Shown here: positions 1 to 8,904 of the stretch, piece after piece
Layout of the letters: every line of letters begins with the position of its first letter
Numbering within the stretch: the first letter of the stretch is position 1
Origin: a virus
Lineage: Duplodnaviria > Caudoviricetes
Strand: one strand, 5' to 3'
DNA length: 54,600 bases
IMG/VR virus record: IMGVR_UViG_3300009008_000048
Coordinates: 1-54,600 of that record
The notes under the pieces: generated by a model
The model's input: the letters and a program-made list of their open reading frames with translations, nothing else
The model's database searches: none
What the model was told of the DNA's origin: nothing
Translations under genes and position numbers: made by a program

Positions 1-233
1 ACTGTATTATTAACTTCTGTTTGAAGATTACCATCTCCATCTACTATTACCCTATCATCTGTTGTAGCATTCTTTATTTCAACAGCACCTATCTCTATAT
101 CTCCTACTTCTAAGGTAGCGGCAACTTTTAGCTTACCATTATCATCTATACCCAAAGACTGCCAACGATTATTAGTATCATCGTAGCCAAACATGCCCAT
201 TGATTTCATGTTTACTGACTTTGGTGTTGCCAT
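1..233 (-). CDS. Partial (3'-truncated) putative virion structural protein
   Basis: ATG at 233-231 reads MATPKSVNMKSMGMFGYDDTNNRWQSLGIDDNGKLKVAATLEVGDIEIGAVEIK... and stays open to the window edge; it directly follows the 235..681 stop. Confidence 0.6.
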   Translation of the reverse strand, partial: MATPKSVNMKSMGMFGYDDTNNRWQSLGIDDNGKLKVAATLEVGDIEIGAVEIKNATTDDRVIVDGDGNLQTEVNNT

Positions 234-234
234 A

Positions 235-681
235 TTATTGTATTAAAGCTACTACTGATAAAGTACCCTTATTAGTATCCACACCAGTTTCATATGCTGC
301 TACTCTTATTTTTTTATAGCAAATTCTACCATCTGCTGTACCCGCCGCACTGTTATTTACTTGAAAGAAAGCATGATATTCTGTTGCTGCTGCTGCACCT
401 ACTATATCGAAGTCTACTACTTGTGTTGTTGCTGTACCTGTACTATGTGTTGTTACACCTATTTGGTTCCAAGCAAAACCATCATACGCTTCAACTTCTA
501 TTGTTGCTGTATTGTTAGTTTCCGCTGTACCAGTAGTATACGTACATGAAAGCATTAGTTGGTCTGCATTAGCTGTATTTAACTGAGTACGGTCTGCTGC
601 TGCCTCTGTTGCAGTTGCAGTACTTTCTAATGTTGTTGCATCAAGTAACTTTGTACTTTGAACTGTTTTTGTTATTGACAT
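235..681 (-). CDS. Putative virion structural protein (Thr/Ala-rich, beta-rich)
   Basis: 148-aa ORF in the late minus-strand operon; composition typical of virion proteins; no family recognised. Confidence 0.55.
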   Translation of the reverse strand: MSITKTVQSTKLLDATTLESTATATEAAADRTQLNTANADQLMLSCTYTTGTAETNNTATIEVEAYDGFAWNQIGVTTHSTGTATTQVVDFDIVGAAAATEYHAFFQVNNSAAGTADGRICYKKIRVAAYETGVDTNKGTLSVVALIQ

Positions 682-697
682 ATTTTTTTATAATTAT

Positions 698-997
698 TTA
701 AACTACTTCTTTTATTAAAAAATCTGCTATTTCTCTATTTATATTAGTATTACCTTTACTATTATAAATACGTTTGTTATTTTCTGCTACTCTCCCTATT
801 ATGTTAGTTCTTTGATTATCCATCTTTTGTAGCTTTTTTAAAAGCCACATTCCGCTACCTATATACTGATTTTCTACATTTAATATATCAAAGCTTCTTG
901 TGACCTTAAAGGGACTACGTCTTACTACTTTTTTTGTTCCATCTAGTTGTTTAACAAACTCTAGGAACTTATCATACTTTTTTAATTTATTTTTCAT
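698..997 (-). CDS. Hypothetical protein
   Basis: 99-aa ORF, tightly packed in the operon. Confidence 0.55.
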   Translation of the reverse strand: MKNKLKKYDKFLEFVKQLDGTKKVVRRSPFKVTRSFDILNVENQYIGSGMWLLKKLQKMDNQRTNIIGRVAENNKRIYNSKGNTNINREIADFLIKEVV

Positions 998-1199
998 CTA
1001 ATAATAATTTAACTATTTCTAATTTACCTCTTAAATAAGCTTTTTCGTTATCGCTTATATTACTATTTAACTGTATTTTTAAACTATCTCTAAGTGCTTC
1101 TATGCGTTTTCTAGGTAAAGTTTTGGTATATATCCTAAGTATTCTCCACTTAGGTTGTAACCAAAACTTTTTTCTTATTTTTATAAATATTTTTAACAT
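987..1199 (-). CDS. Hypothetical protein
   Basis: 70-aa ORF overlapping its neighbour by 11 nt. Confidence 0.5.
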   Translation of the reverse strand: MLKIFIKIRKKFWLQPKWRILRIYTKTLPRKRIEALRDSLKIQLNSNISDNEKAYLRGKLEIVKLLLDEK

Positions 1200-1204
1200 A
1201 CATA

Positions 1205-1507
1205 TTATCCTCTTCTTAATCCTAAAATAACTTTAAATTCTTCATCTGCTGAAGCATTATCTATTTTAATAGTCCAATTACCACCACTTGGAATTGAAAT
1301 ATCCACATCATTTAATGTTGATTGATTATCTATAGAATTGTAAATAACGTTATCATCATCATCTTCGATACTAAAATCATAAGTAGTACTACTTGTAGTA
1401 GGTTTAACTACTACTTGTAATAAAATAGAGTTATTAGTAATTACTAATTGCTCTGCGCTACCTGTTACAGTAGTCATTGTAAATGGTTGTCTATCTATTA
1501 AAATCAT
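1205..1507 (-). CDS. Hypothetical (probable structural) protein
   Basis: 100-aa beta-rich ORF, TAATG-coupled to the upstream gene. Confidence 0.55.
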   Translation of the reverse strand: MILIDRQPFTMTTVTGSAEQLVITNNSILLQVVVKPTTSSTTYDFSIEDDDDNVIYNSIDNQSTLNDVDISIPSGGNWTIKIDNASADEEFKVILGLRRG

Positions 1508-1806
1508 TATTTTTCACTTAGAAAGGCCTCGTTTTTTTCTATTTCTATTGCTACATCTTTCTCTGTTTCAACTTCTTTTTCAACTTCTTTTTCAACTTCT
1601 TTTGTAGATGTTATACCTGCTGTTATTTTTTGTTCTGTTTCTAACGCTTTTGCATTTTGCATTATAACTTCCTTTTCCCACATACCCACTTTTGATAAAA
1701 TATGAGCTCCTAATTCTCTGGTTACCTCAAACTCACCTTCTGGTACGGTATATTCCTTACCATTATAGGTTATATTAAATACTTTGTCTTTGTTTAATAA
1801 AATCAT
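1507..1806 (-). CDS. Hypothetical protein with EKEV repeats
   Basis: 99 aa; N-terminus (ITYNGKEYTV) resembles 2307..2546 (MMFNGKTYIL). Confidence 0.55.
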   Translation of the reverse strand: MILLNKDKVFNITYNGKEYTVPEGEFEVTRELGAHILSKVGMWEKEVIMQNAKALETEQKITAGITSTKEVEKEVEKEVETEKDVAIEIEKNEAFLSEK

Positions 1807-1833
1807 ACTATTTTTTTTAAATTAATTATTTAA

Positions 1834-1856
1834 ACCCCCTCCCCGAAGAGAGGGGA
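1834..1856 (-). terminator. UUCG-loop hairpin, possible terminator/processing stem
   Basis: Minus strand CCCCTCTC-TTCG-GGGAGGGG followed by GTTT, downstream of 1867..2301. Confidence 0.45.
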
Positions 1857-1866
1857 TATAAGTTAT

Positions 1867-2301
1867 TTATTGAGCTTCTATTACGTGAATGTAAACTTTA
1901 CCTACTAAATCACTAGCAGCTTCTACTAGTATCTTCATAGTAACATAATCATTAGTTCCATCTTTACCATCCCATACCCATGCTTTACCTTCACCATTAG
2001 TACCATTGTCTGTACTATTTAATGAATCGAATATACCTGTGCTATTTAAATCAATACCATCAAATATATCATCACCTGTAGAAGTAGAATCAGCTACTAT
2101 ATCTAAATCACCTACTGCTGTAGCTGTGCCACCTGCAGTTGTTAGTCTTACAATAACTCTATCTATAATAAGATCGTTAGTATAAGGATTTTGTGCAGCT
2201 AATGCAATACTGTCTGCAGCACCTGCTGTTAGATCATAGCTTAACCATGTACCTAAGTCTTGTAATAGACTATCTGTGTCTATATTTCTTTTTTTAATCA
2301 T
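1867..2301 (-). CDS. Putative capsid decoration/minor head protein
   Basis: 144 aa, acidic and G/A/T/D-rich, shortly downstream of the major capsid gene. Confidence 0.45.
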   Translation of the reverse strand: MIKKRNIDTDSLLQDLGTWLSYDLTAGAADSIALAAQNPYTNDLIIDRVIVRLTTAGGTATAVGDLDIVADSTSTGDDIFDGIDLNSTGIFDSLNSTDNGTNGEGKAWVWDGKDGTNDYVTMKILVEAASDLVGKVYIHVIEAQ

Positions 2302-2306
2302 ATTTC

Positions 2307-2546
2307 TTATTTTTTACCTTTATTAAATAATTTCTTTTTAACTTCTTTTACTACTTCCTTTTTTTCTTTTTTAACTTCTTTTTTAACCTTTTTTACTCCT
2401 TTAGAAATATCTAATCCTTGTGCTCTTGCCGCTTCTACAAAATGTATTGCAGCATCATCGCAAATATCATTATCTCCATTTTTTAGAATATATGTTTTAC
2501 CATTAAACATCATTTCTAATTCTTTTCCATTATTTATAATTATCAT
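2307..2546 (-). CDS. Hypothetical protein with Lys/Glu-rich tail
   Basis: 79-aa ORF with KKEVKKE repeats. Confidence 0.55.
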   Translation of the reverse strand: MIIINNGKELEMMFNGKTYILKNGDNDICDDAAIHFVEAARAQGLDISKGVKKVKKEVKKEKKEVVKEVKKKLFNKGKK

Positions 2547-2579
2547 ATTTTTTTATTATTAATTAACCATATTTATAGT

Positions 2580-3236
2580 TTACCCCTCGACCTTTGTTTT
2601 TGAGGATACTTGGTTTTTAATTATCTCTAATATATCTAATAAATTAACTGTTTTATAATGTGAACATATATAATCCCAGTGCGTCCATACCTCAAATCCT
2701 TTTTTATTAGCTTTCTCACAAAAGTATAAATCACTTCCTTTGCCCCTAGTACCATCTTCGTTCCACTCACTTTCAAATGGTGCTTTCATAGCTTCTAATA
2801 CTTGCCTTTTTATTATTATACACCCAGTACCACCTGTATATATTCTTTGTAATTTTTCTCCTTTATACTTAGCCCCTTTAAAATTATCACCCTCTTTGTT
2901 ATATACTGCAAAATAAATAGGTGGGTTCATCTCTTTTTGTATTATAGGGGTAGGACATACCATTACATCTTTATTTAAATCTAATAGTTCTAATGGATTT
3001 CTGTTTGGTGGGTTATCTTCATCTATCATAATAAGATAATCCCAATTTGACTCTAAAAACTTTTTAACAATATTATTTCTATTATTATCTACCATTATAC
3101 GCTGAGAAGTACCAAATATAATATTATATTTATCACTTTGCATATTTACCATTTGAACTATACTTTTCATTGTTTGTGAATGTACGGTTCCAGTAGTTAA
3201 TACAACTACATTTACATCTAATTTATTATTTGTCAT
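2580..3236 (-). CDS. GT-A fold (GT2-like) glycosyltransferase
   Basis: RN..VKKFL, YLIMIDED (DxD), GTGCIIIKRQVL, GSDLYFC..A...GFEVW....CSH; paralogue at 53514..54170. Confidence 0.75.
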   Translation of the reverse strand: MTNNKLDVNVVVLTTGTVHSQTMKSIVQMVNMQSDKYNIIFGTSQRIMVDNNRNNIVKKFLESNWDYLIMIDEDNPPNRNPLELLDLNKDVMVCPTPIIQKEMNPPIYFAVYNKEGDNFKGAKYKGEKLQRIYTGGTGCIIIKRQVLEAMKAPFESEWNEDGTRGKGSDLYFCEKANKKGFEVWTHWDYICSHYKTVNLLDILEIIKNQVSSKTKVEG

Positions 3237-3252
3237 AATTACATCTTTATTT

Positions 3253-3278
3253 CTACCCCCTACAAATGTAAGGAGTAG
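3253..3278 (-). terminator. Hairpin downstream of the major capsid gene
   Basis: Minus strand CTACTCCTTACA-TT-TGTAGGGGGTAG stem 15 nt after the capsid stop; the U-tail is weak. Confidence 0.4.
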
Positions 3279-3293
3279 CGTATAAAAATACTA

Positions 3294-5383
3294 TTATGCG
3301 ATTACATCACGTAATACTGAGTTCTTGTTTGGTGCTGAAATAGCCAAATTAGAATAATATCTTAATGTAGCATTCCAAGCAGGAGTAGTTGAACTTCTGT
3401 CTAGAATTGAACCATCTTCATTTAAGAATGAAATTGGTGCTAAATCTTCTACAGATAAAGTAGAAGGATCTATAAAATATAATTCATCGTAAGGAGCATC
3501 ATAATCAGGAACTATTGCTAATCCATTAAATTCTGTACCAGTAAATCCACCTTTAAGCTTCATGTCTGAAGTATAACGTCTATCTGGACTTAATAATTGT
3601 CCATAAGCACTATATACATCAAAACTAGTTAAAGCATATTTAGGATCACCTTTTTTCTTAGCTTCTAAGTAAGTTGTATGCAATAAAGCATCTGTTAAAC
3701 TTCTTTGAGTTGCGTTAGAACTAACATAAGATTTCCACCAGATATAAGTACTTCTTGAAATTCCTTGTAAAGTAGTTATATTTGTTGAATCATCGATTAA
3801 TCCTTTAAGACCCATCATTTCTTTGCTTTGATTAGAAACAGTAGGTACTCCAGAAGTTTTATGAGCTAGGAATAAATAATCATTATCAGCAATACCACTT
3901 TCAGTTGTTACTGTTACAGAGTCATTACCTACAATAGTAGCAATATGTGTGAATACTGCAGAAGTTTCTGTAGTAGCCTCTGAAGAAGCCATTATAGGAT
4001 CACCTACTTCTAAGTAATCAGTTACATAACGACCTACCATTGGAGTATCAGTAGTAAAACCACTTGATGGTGTGCTAGATACCATACCTATAACACCTGT
4101 TCCCACACCGTATCCTTGTCTTGATAATTGTCTTTGCATATCATTCTTAGCACCATTGTATTCTGCTTCTAAAGCATTTACTAAGAATTCTTTTGACTTC
4201 TTTGAAGCCTGTAAAGCTACATCTGTTAGAGATACTGTATGAAAGTTATATTTCATACTAATATTTCCTTGTACGTAACTTTGGTTGCCAGCTGTTGGTA
4301 AAGTAAAAGACTCTGTACCTGCAGCATGCCCTACATTTCTGCCATAATGAACAGACATGTATTTTGTTGTACTACCTTGATGAGTAGCAACGTTTTTAAG
4401 TATGTTATTATAAAGTACATTCTTTGAAAAAATTTGATCATGAACAACTTTATCATATACTCTCCAGTATATATATAATATATTTCTATATCATCTGGAC
4501 TATCCCTTCATCCTATTACTAGGAGCCGTATTATAGTCTCTGAGCCTCTCTTATTTTTTTTTCTACTTCTTTTATATTATTATTTATATCTCTTTCCCAG
4601 AATCGTAAAACTTTTATGTGCATATTTTTCAATTCCTTATCCACTTGATGGTCTTTTATTGTACCATGCGGATAATTATGCCAATAATCTCCATCTGCAT
4701 ATATAGCTATATGATGATCTGGTAGATATATATCTGACACTGTTATACCTAATAAAGGATGTTGAGGTATATACCTTACTTTTGTTTTTTTAATAATATC
4801 TTCTAATGCTATTTCTATTTTTGTTCTACTTTTACTACTTGCTACTTTTAAACAGCATGCTACACCCCCTTTTATACAGCCTTTAATAAAATTATTATAC
4901 TGTTCTTCGTCATAGTAATTTTTCATTACTAATTCTTTGTTCCATGCTTTTTGTTTATTTTTAAGCCCTTTATTCCAAGGTTTTCTACCATTGTTTAAAG
5001 TATGTCCTTTTTTAAATTGCTTACCCTTTTCCCACTGTTTGTTTTCAATGCTTTTTTTGCTTTGTAGTTTTTTTATTTTATTAGCCTTTTCTATACCATA
5101 TATTTCTTTATATGTCTTTCCTTTTCTCCAGCTTCTAAAATGTTTTTGTGAACAAAATTTACGTTTCTTATCATGTGTTTTAAATTTTTTATCACATGAT
5201 ATACATTTGTTTATTATCATAAGATTTGGTTGCAGATTGTCCAATCTTTTACGTTTTTACACTACTGTGTAGTAAAAGCTCTAAGGAGTTTCCCGCAGTT
5301 TAACGGATTTTACTTATAAATTACTCTATAAGGCGACAAGAGTTTATCGCTGCACCAGCAAGGTTAGTTGTTGATTGTGCCAT
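3294..5383 (-). CDS. Major capsid protein (HK97 fold), two exons: 5383-5346 and 4464-3294; spliced product 402 aa
   Basis: Exon 1 MAQSTTNLAGAA+AT joins exon 2 G+AGA GTA TAT..., giving MAQSTTNLAGAAMRVYDKVVHDQIF...; this is in frame with ORF 3294..4358. It lies after portal and scaffold and has MCP-like segments (MMGLKGLID, FNGLAIVPDYDAPYDELYFID, WNATLRYYSNL). Confidence 0.85.
4465..5345 (-). mobile_element. Group I self-splicing intron (881 nt) in the major capsid gene
   Basis: P1 GCGAU/GUCGC with the U.G pair at the 5' splice site; P10 ACUCUU/GAGAGU; P AACUGCGGGAA; Q AAUCUGCAAC; R UCAGAGACUA; S AAGGGAUAGUCC; P8 CCUA-GUAA-UAGG; terminal G at 4465. Splicing restores the frame. Confidence 0.92.
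4531..5244 (-). CDS. Intron-encoded homing endonuclease, EDxHD/Vsr (DUF559)-like with NUMOD3-type repeats
   Basis: N-terminal CxxC..FCS; KPWNKGL/KAWNKEL repeats; C-terminal SDIYLP..IAIYADGDYWH...KD...LRFWE. Likely start ATG 5220; the stop lies at the intron R/P7 element. Confidence 0.8.
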   Translation of the reverse strand: MDNLQPNLMIINKCISCDKKFKTHDKKRKFCSQKHFRSWRKGKTYKEIYGIEKANKIKKLQSKKSIENKQWEKGKQFKKGHTLNNGRKPWNKGLKNKQKAWNKELVMKNYYDEEQYNNFIKGCIKGGVACCLKVASSKSRTKIEIALEDIIKKTKVRYIPQHPLLGITVSDIYLPDHHIAIYADGDYWHNYPHGTIKDHQVDKELKNMHIKVLRFWERDINNNIKEVEKKIREAQRL

Positions 5384-5395
5384 TTTGTTTGCTTG

Positions 5396-6148
5396 TTAAA
5401 TATCTTGCCCTATATTATTCATAGCTTCTTCTACTGCTTGTCTTGTTTCCATGTCATTTTTAGGAATAGTTTCAGCAGGTTCGTGTTGAGCAGGCGCACT
5501 AGATGGCTGCTCTACATTATCTACTGTCTTTTTTCCCGCTAACGCTTGTTTAACTTCGTAATCAATAATTTCTTTTTGATTCATAGCAGAAAAAGCTTCT
5601 TTTGGGGTAAGATATAATTTATTAGACTGCTTCTGCCATTCTAGAACTTTATTGTCATCGTATTTAAGATTTCCATCTTCGCCGTTATATTTTTCAGATA
5701 ACTCTTTAATCTCATTTTGAATAAGAGTACTTCTTTCTTGTTCTATTTTTTCTTGTTTTGATTTTTCGTCTCTTTCATTTAAGATTTGAATTAATCTATC
5801 TTCATCTAAACCATATGTTTCTTGTAATTGTTCTTCTTCTTCAGGTACAAATACATTTTTCATACGATCCATAACGTCTTGAGATTCTTCTAAACGTTGT
5901 TCTAATTGCGCAACCTTTTCTGCATTTTGCTTTTTAGAATCACGTTCTTGAGCTAATGCTTTATTAAGATTACCAATTTGTTCTTCTAGTTTGGTAGAAT
6001 CTACACTTTTAGTTACCTCTGGTTGACTTTCAACTTTTGGTTCCTCAGTTTTTACAGCCTGCGCTGATTCGTCTTCTACTGAATTTGTTGGAGGAGTTTC
6101 AACTGCCTCAGTTGGCTCTTTTACTTCCTCATTGTTGTTTGTGTCCAT
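5396..6148 (-). CDS. Capsid scaffolding protein
   Basis: 250 aa, acidic, coiled-coil, immediately upstream of capsid exon 1. Confidence 0.7.
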   Translation of the reverse strand: MDTNNNEEVKEPTEAVETPPTNSVEDESAQAVKTEEPKVESQPEVTKSVDSTKLEEQIGNLNKALAQERDSKKQNAEKVAQLEQRLEESQDVMDRMKNVFVPEEEEQLQETYGLDEDRLIQILNERDEKSKQEKIEQERSTLIQNEIKELSEKYNGEDGNLKYDDNKVLEWQKQSNKLYLTPKEAFSAMNQKEIIDYEVKQALAGKKTVDNVEQPSSAPAQHEPAETIPKNDMETRQAVEEAMNNIGQDI

Positions 6149-6211
6149 ACTTTTTTTATGTTAATTATTTAACGAGATTTTGATAACCCAGACACCGAAA
6201 CTGGGATATAA

Positions 6212-6574
6212 TTATTTATCTTTAAATCTAAAAGGTGTTTTTCTTAGTCTAGTTTCTCCAAATCCACTTCCAGTTTGGTTATCATATTTTTTTAACTGAG
6301 ATATAAGATATTCTTTAACACCTTTATAATCACCTTTATCTACTAATTTTTTAATTGCACTTTCTGCTTTTTTAACATTGTTACCATACATATTTAATGG
6401 TAAATAATCCATAGATTTATTAACTGCTTGTTTTCTACTTTTTTTTAATGCCTTTTTTGATTTTCTAGCACCGCTATAAGCCTTAACCATTTTTACAGGA
6501 GAAGCAAACTCTCCGCTTTTAGTATATAGGCGTTTTTTTATACTATCTAAAAAACTTTTTTTATTAATTGCCAT
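6212..6574 (-). CDS. Basic hypothetical protein
   Basis: 120-aa Lys-rich ORF between portal and scaffold. Confidence 0.55.
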   Translation of the reverse strand: MAINKKSFLDSIKKRLYTKSGEFASPVKMVKAYSGARKSKKALKKSRKQAVNKSMDYLPLNMYGNNVKKAESAIKKLVDKGDYKGVKEYLISQLKKYDNQTGSGFGETRLRKTPFRFKDK

Positions 6575-6590
6575 AATTTTATTGATTATT

Positions 6591-8429
6591 TTATTGATTA
6601 AATTGTTCTTCCTCTTTTATATGTTCATCAAATATATCTTGATGTTGTTGGTATGCATCTTGGTTTTCTTGTATAAATGCTAAATGTAATTGAGTATGTT
6701 CAGGACTCCATAAAGCTTGTGGTGTAGGAGGTACTGGTTGGCCTGCTGCCATTTGCATATTTTCTTGGTCTGCTAAATCTGCTGTATCTTCTGGACCTTC
6801 ACCAGAACTTCTATGTGATTCCTTTTGTTTTGTCATTTCCTGTTTAAACTCTTCTTCTTTACGTTGTTTCATTCTTTCTACAATATCACCTATATTAGAT
6901 ATGTTTAATTTTTCTAATATTGTTTGTGGGTCTATTAAACCACCTTCTGCTAATTGGAATAACCTTTCCATTTTAGCTATTTCACTATAAGCAATTTCTG
7001 GTACTATAACCACTTTAACCTTACCTGCTTTAATAGGTAGTGTATCATCTGGTATGTTTTTAGCATTAGCACCTATATATTTAATTTTTTCGTTATCTTG
7101 TATTACAGTTTCTGAAACAATATTATAATCTTCTATAACCTCTAATATAAACCCACCTATGTCTTCTAACATAAATTCTAAGTTTTCCACTGGCTCAGCT
7201 ACAGAAAATGCATCTGCACCTTGTAAAGCTTCTATAGCCCTACCAGACTGTAAAGATCCAGGTGTTCTACCCAGTGATGCTTCTCTCATACCACCTAACT
7301 CTTCAACCCATCTTTCTAGGTTAGCCATATAAGTAAATGGGCTAGATGGTAATGGTTGTAGATTCATTTGTGTTGGTGGCATATTACCTTTATAGTATAT
7401 CTTTTCAGCGCCTTTATCTGTTATAGAACTTACTTCAACACCCTGCTTAATAAGGTATTTACCAGCCAACATCCTTTGTATATAAGATTCTACTTGTGAA
7501 ACTGTTTTATCTAAAGATTTATTAAGTGATATTAAATTTTTTATCCAAGGTTCTCCATATATAGAACCAGGACTTCTTTCTAGTGTATAAACAAAGAAAG
7601 GATAACGCTTATAGTCTTTATCTGAAACTTTTAATACCTGATCACCTGCAGTAGTTATTACTTTTATTTTAGTTTGCCCATTCTCTGCCCATTTCATCCA
7701 AAATTCCTTTACTATAATAGTTTCTAGGTCTTCTGAGTTTGCGTTGCCACCTTTTTGGTACTTTTCTTGTTCTAATATTTCTGCATACTCTAATGCAGCA
7801 TCTTTATTATCTGCTTTTATATTTTTAATACCATACTTTTCCTTTACAGAACTAATAGGCTTTTTAAAAGTTTTAATAATAAACCTACAATCCTGCACAT
7901 TATGTGCTATAGGGTCAAATACTACATCAAATGTATCATCTACCCAGAAGTCTAATTGTTGTTTACCATTTTTATTAATAACTCCACCCTCTATAATACC
8001 TATAGAAAACTTCATTGAGTTTACTATTTGGTCTGTTAATTTTTGTGGGAATTTTTGATCTTCATAAATACTGCTAATAACTTTATTTTTTTGTTTAGCA
8101 GCTGTTATTGCCTCATCACTAACATCATCTGGTTGTACTTCAAAACGTGGTTGGTTTCTTTTAATAAAATTCTTTACACCTCTAATTTGAGATTTAATCT
8201 TATTAACAGTACGTCTAACTTCTCCGTCACTAACAGGTAATGTTTGTACCTTGTTAAGTGTTTTATTATAAACAACCCAATGTTCGCCTCTTGCAAACCT
8301 TTCATTTATGTACCAATCTCTGTGTTGTTTTAAATAAGTACGTGAAGTTTCATCAAATAATTGATCAATGAATTTGGCAACACCTTTACTTTTAGTATCA
8401 ATGTTTCCTTTAAGATTCTTTAGATTCAT
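6591..8429 (-). CDS. Portal protein
   Basis: 612 aa between terminase and scaffold/capsid; VNKIK, VFDP.A....DCRFII, YPFF, SGRAI motifs typical of podovirus-type portals. Confidence 0.85.
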   Translation of the reverse strand: MNLKNLKGNIDTKSKGVAKFIDQLFDETSRTYLKQHRDWYINERFARGEHWVVYNKTLNKVQTLPVSDGEVRRTVNKIKSQIRGVKNFIKRNQPRFEVQPDDVSDEAITAAKQKNKVISSIYEDQKFPQKLTDQIVNSMKFSIGIIEGGVINKNGKQQLDFWVDDTFDVVFDPIAHNVQDCRFIIKTFKKPISSVKEKYGIKNIKADNKDAALEYAEILEQEKYQKGGNANSEDLETIIVKEFWMKWAENGQTKIKVITTAGDQVLKVSDKDYKRYPFFVYTLERSPGSIYGEPWIKNLISLNKSLDKTVSQVESYIQRMLAGKYLIKQGVEVSSITDKGAEKIYYKGNMPPTQMNLQPLPSSPFTYMANLERWVEELGGMREASLGRTPGSLQSGRAIEALQGADAFSVAEPVENLEFMLEDIGGFILEVIEDYNIVSETVIQDNEKIKYIGANAKNIPDDTLPIKAGKVKVVIVPEIAYSEIAKMERLFQLAEGGLIDPQTILEKLNISNIGDIVERMKQRKEEEFKQEMTKQKESHRSSGEGPEDTADLADQENMQMAAGQPVPPTPQALWSPEHTQLHLAFIQENQDAYQQHQDIFDEHIKEEEQFNQ

Positions 8430-8673
8430 GTAATTCTTTATTTATTCTATCTTCTAAGAAAAAGTAAAATTCATTTGTAAGTGGGTAAAATATTTGTATT
8501 TTGTTTTCTCCTACTTTTTTTTCTGGGAATACTAATCTGTACCCCTCTTTATTTAATCTTGAAAATATAGCTATATTACCAAGAAATAAACAATCATCTA
8601 ACACAATATTTACAAAACCTACTAAACCTTCTTTTTCTTCTATTTTTTTTATATTAAACTTTGTAATTTTCAT
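8410..8673 (-). CDS. SpoVG-like nucleic-acid-binding protein
   Basis: MKIT..IKK....GLVGFVNIVLDD...L.NI.I......Y.L.FP.KK......IFYPLT.E....L...I matches the SpoVG pattern. Confidence 0.7.
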   Translation of the reverse strand: MKITKFNIKKIEEKEGLVGFVNIVLDDCLFLGNIAIFSRLNKEGYRLVFPEKKVGENKIQIFYPLTNEFYFFLEDRINKELHESKES

Positions 8674-8903
8674 TTCAACTTATTGATAAGTTGCTCTGGG
8701 GCTACTTCTTCTAACTCCATTATTTCATCCTTTATCTCTTCTTCTAAAGGTGTAGGATCTATTGTTACTTCTTCATATTTGTCTATATCTTTAGCTTTTA
8801 CTGACTTTACAAATTCTCTGTAACGCATTTTTTCTAATCTGCCATTATAAATCATTATAAATACTACTAAAGCTATTAAACAAATTATTACTAAATATTC
8901 CAT
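8670..8903 (-). CDS. Small protein with N-terminal transmembrane helix
   Basis: YLVIICLIALVVFIMIY hydrophobic stretch; 77 aa. Confidence 0.55.
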   Translation of the reverse strand: MEYLVIICLIALVVFIMIYNGRLEKMRYREFVKSVKAKDIDKYEEVTIDPTPLEEEIKDEIMELEEVAPEQLINKLK

Positions 8904-8904
8904 A

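Noticed and set aside
3294-4358. Capsid gene starting at ATG 4358 as in the ORF track
   Set aside because: The frame stays open to 4464 and intron signals supply the true start at 5383.
4937-5272. Opposite-strand shadow ORFs (also 294..549, 7744..8240, 11088..12725, 25770..26108, 27987..28304, 29647..30057, 38450..40762, 43505..45872, 49264..49497)
   Set aside because: They are antisense to well-supported genes and have the F/L/S/I-rich composition expected from the reverse of Lys/Glu-rich coding DNA.
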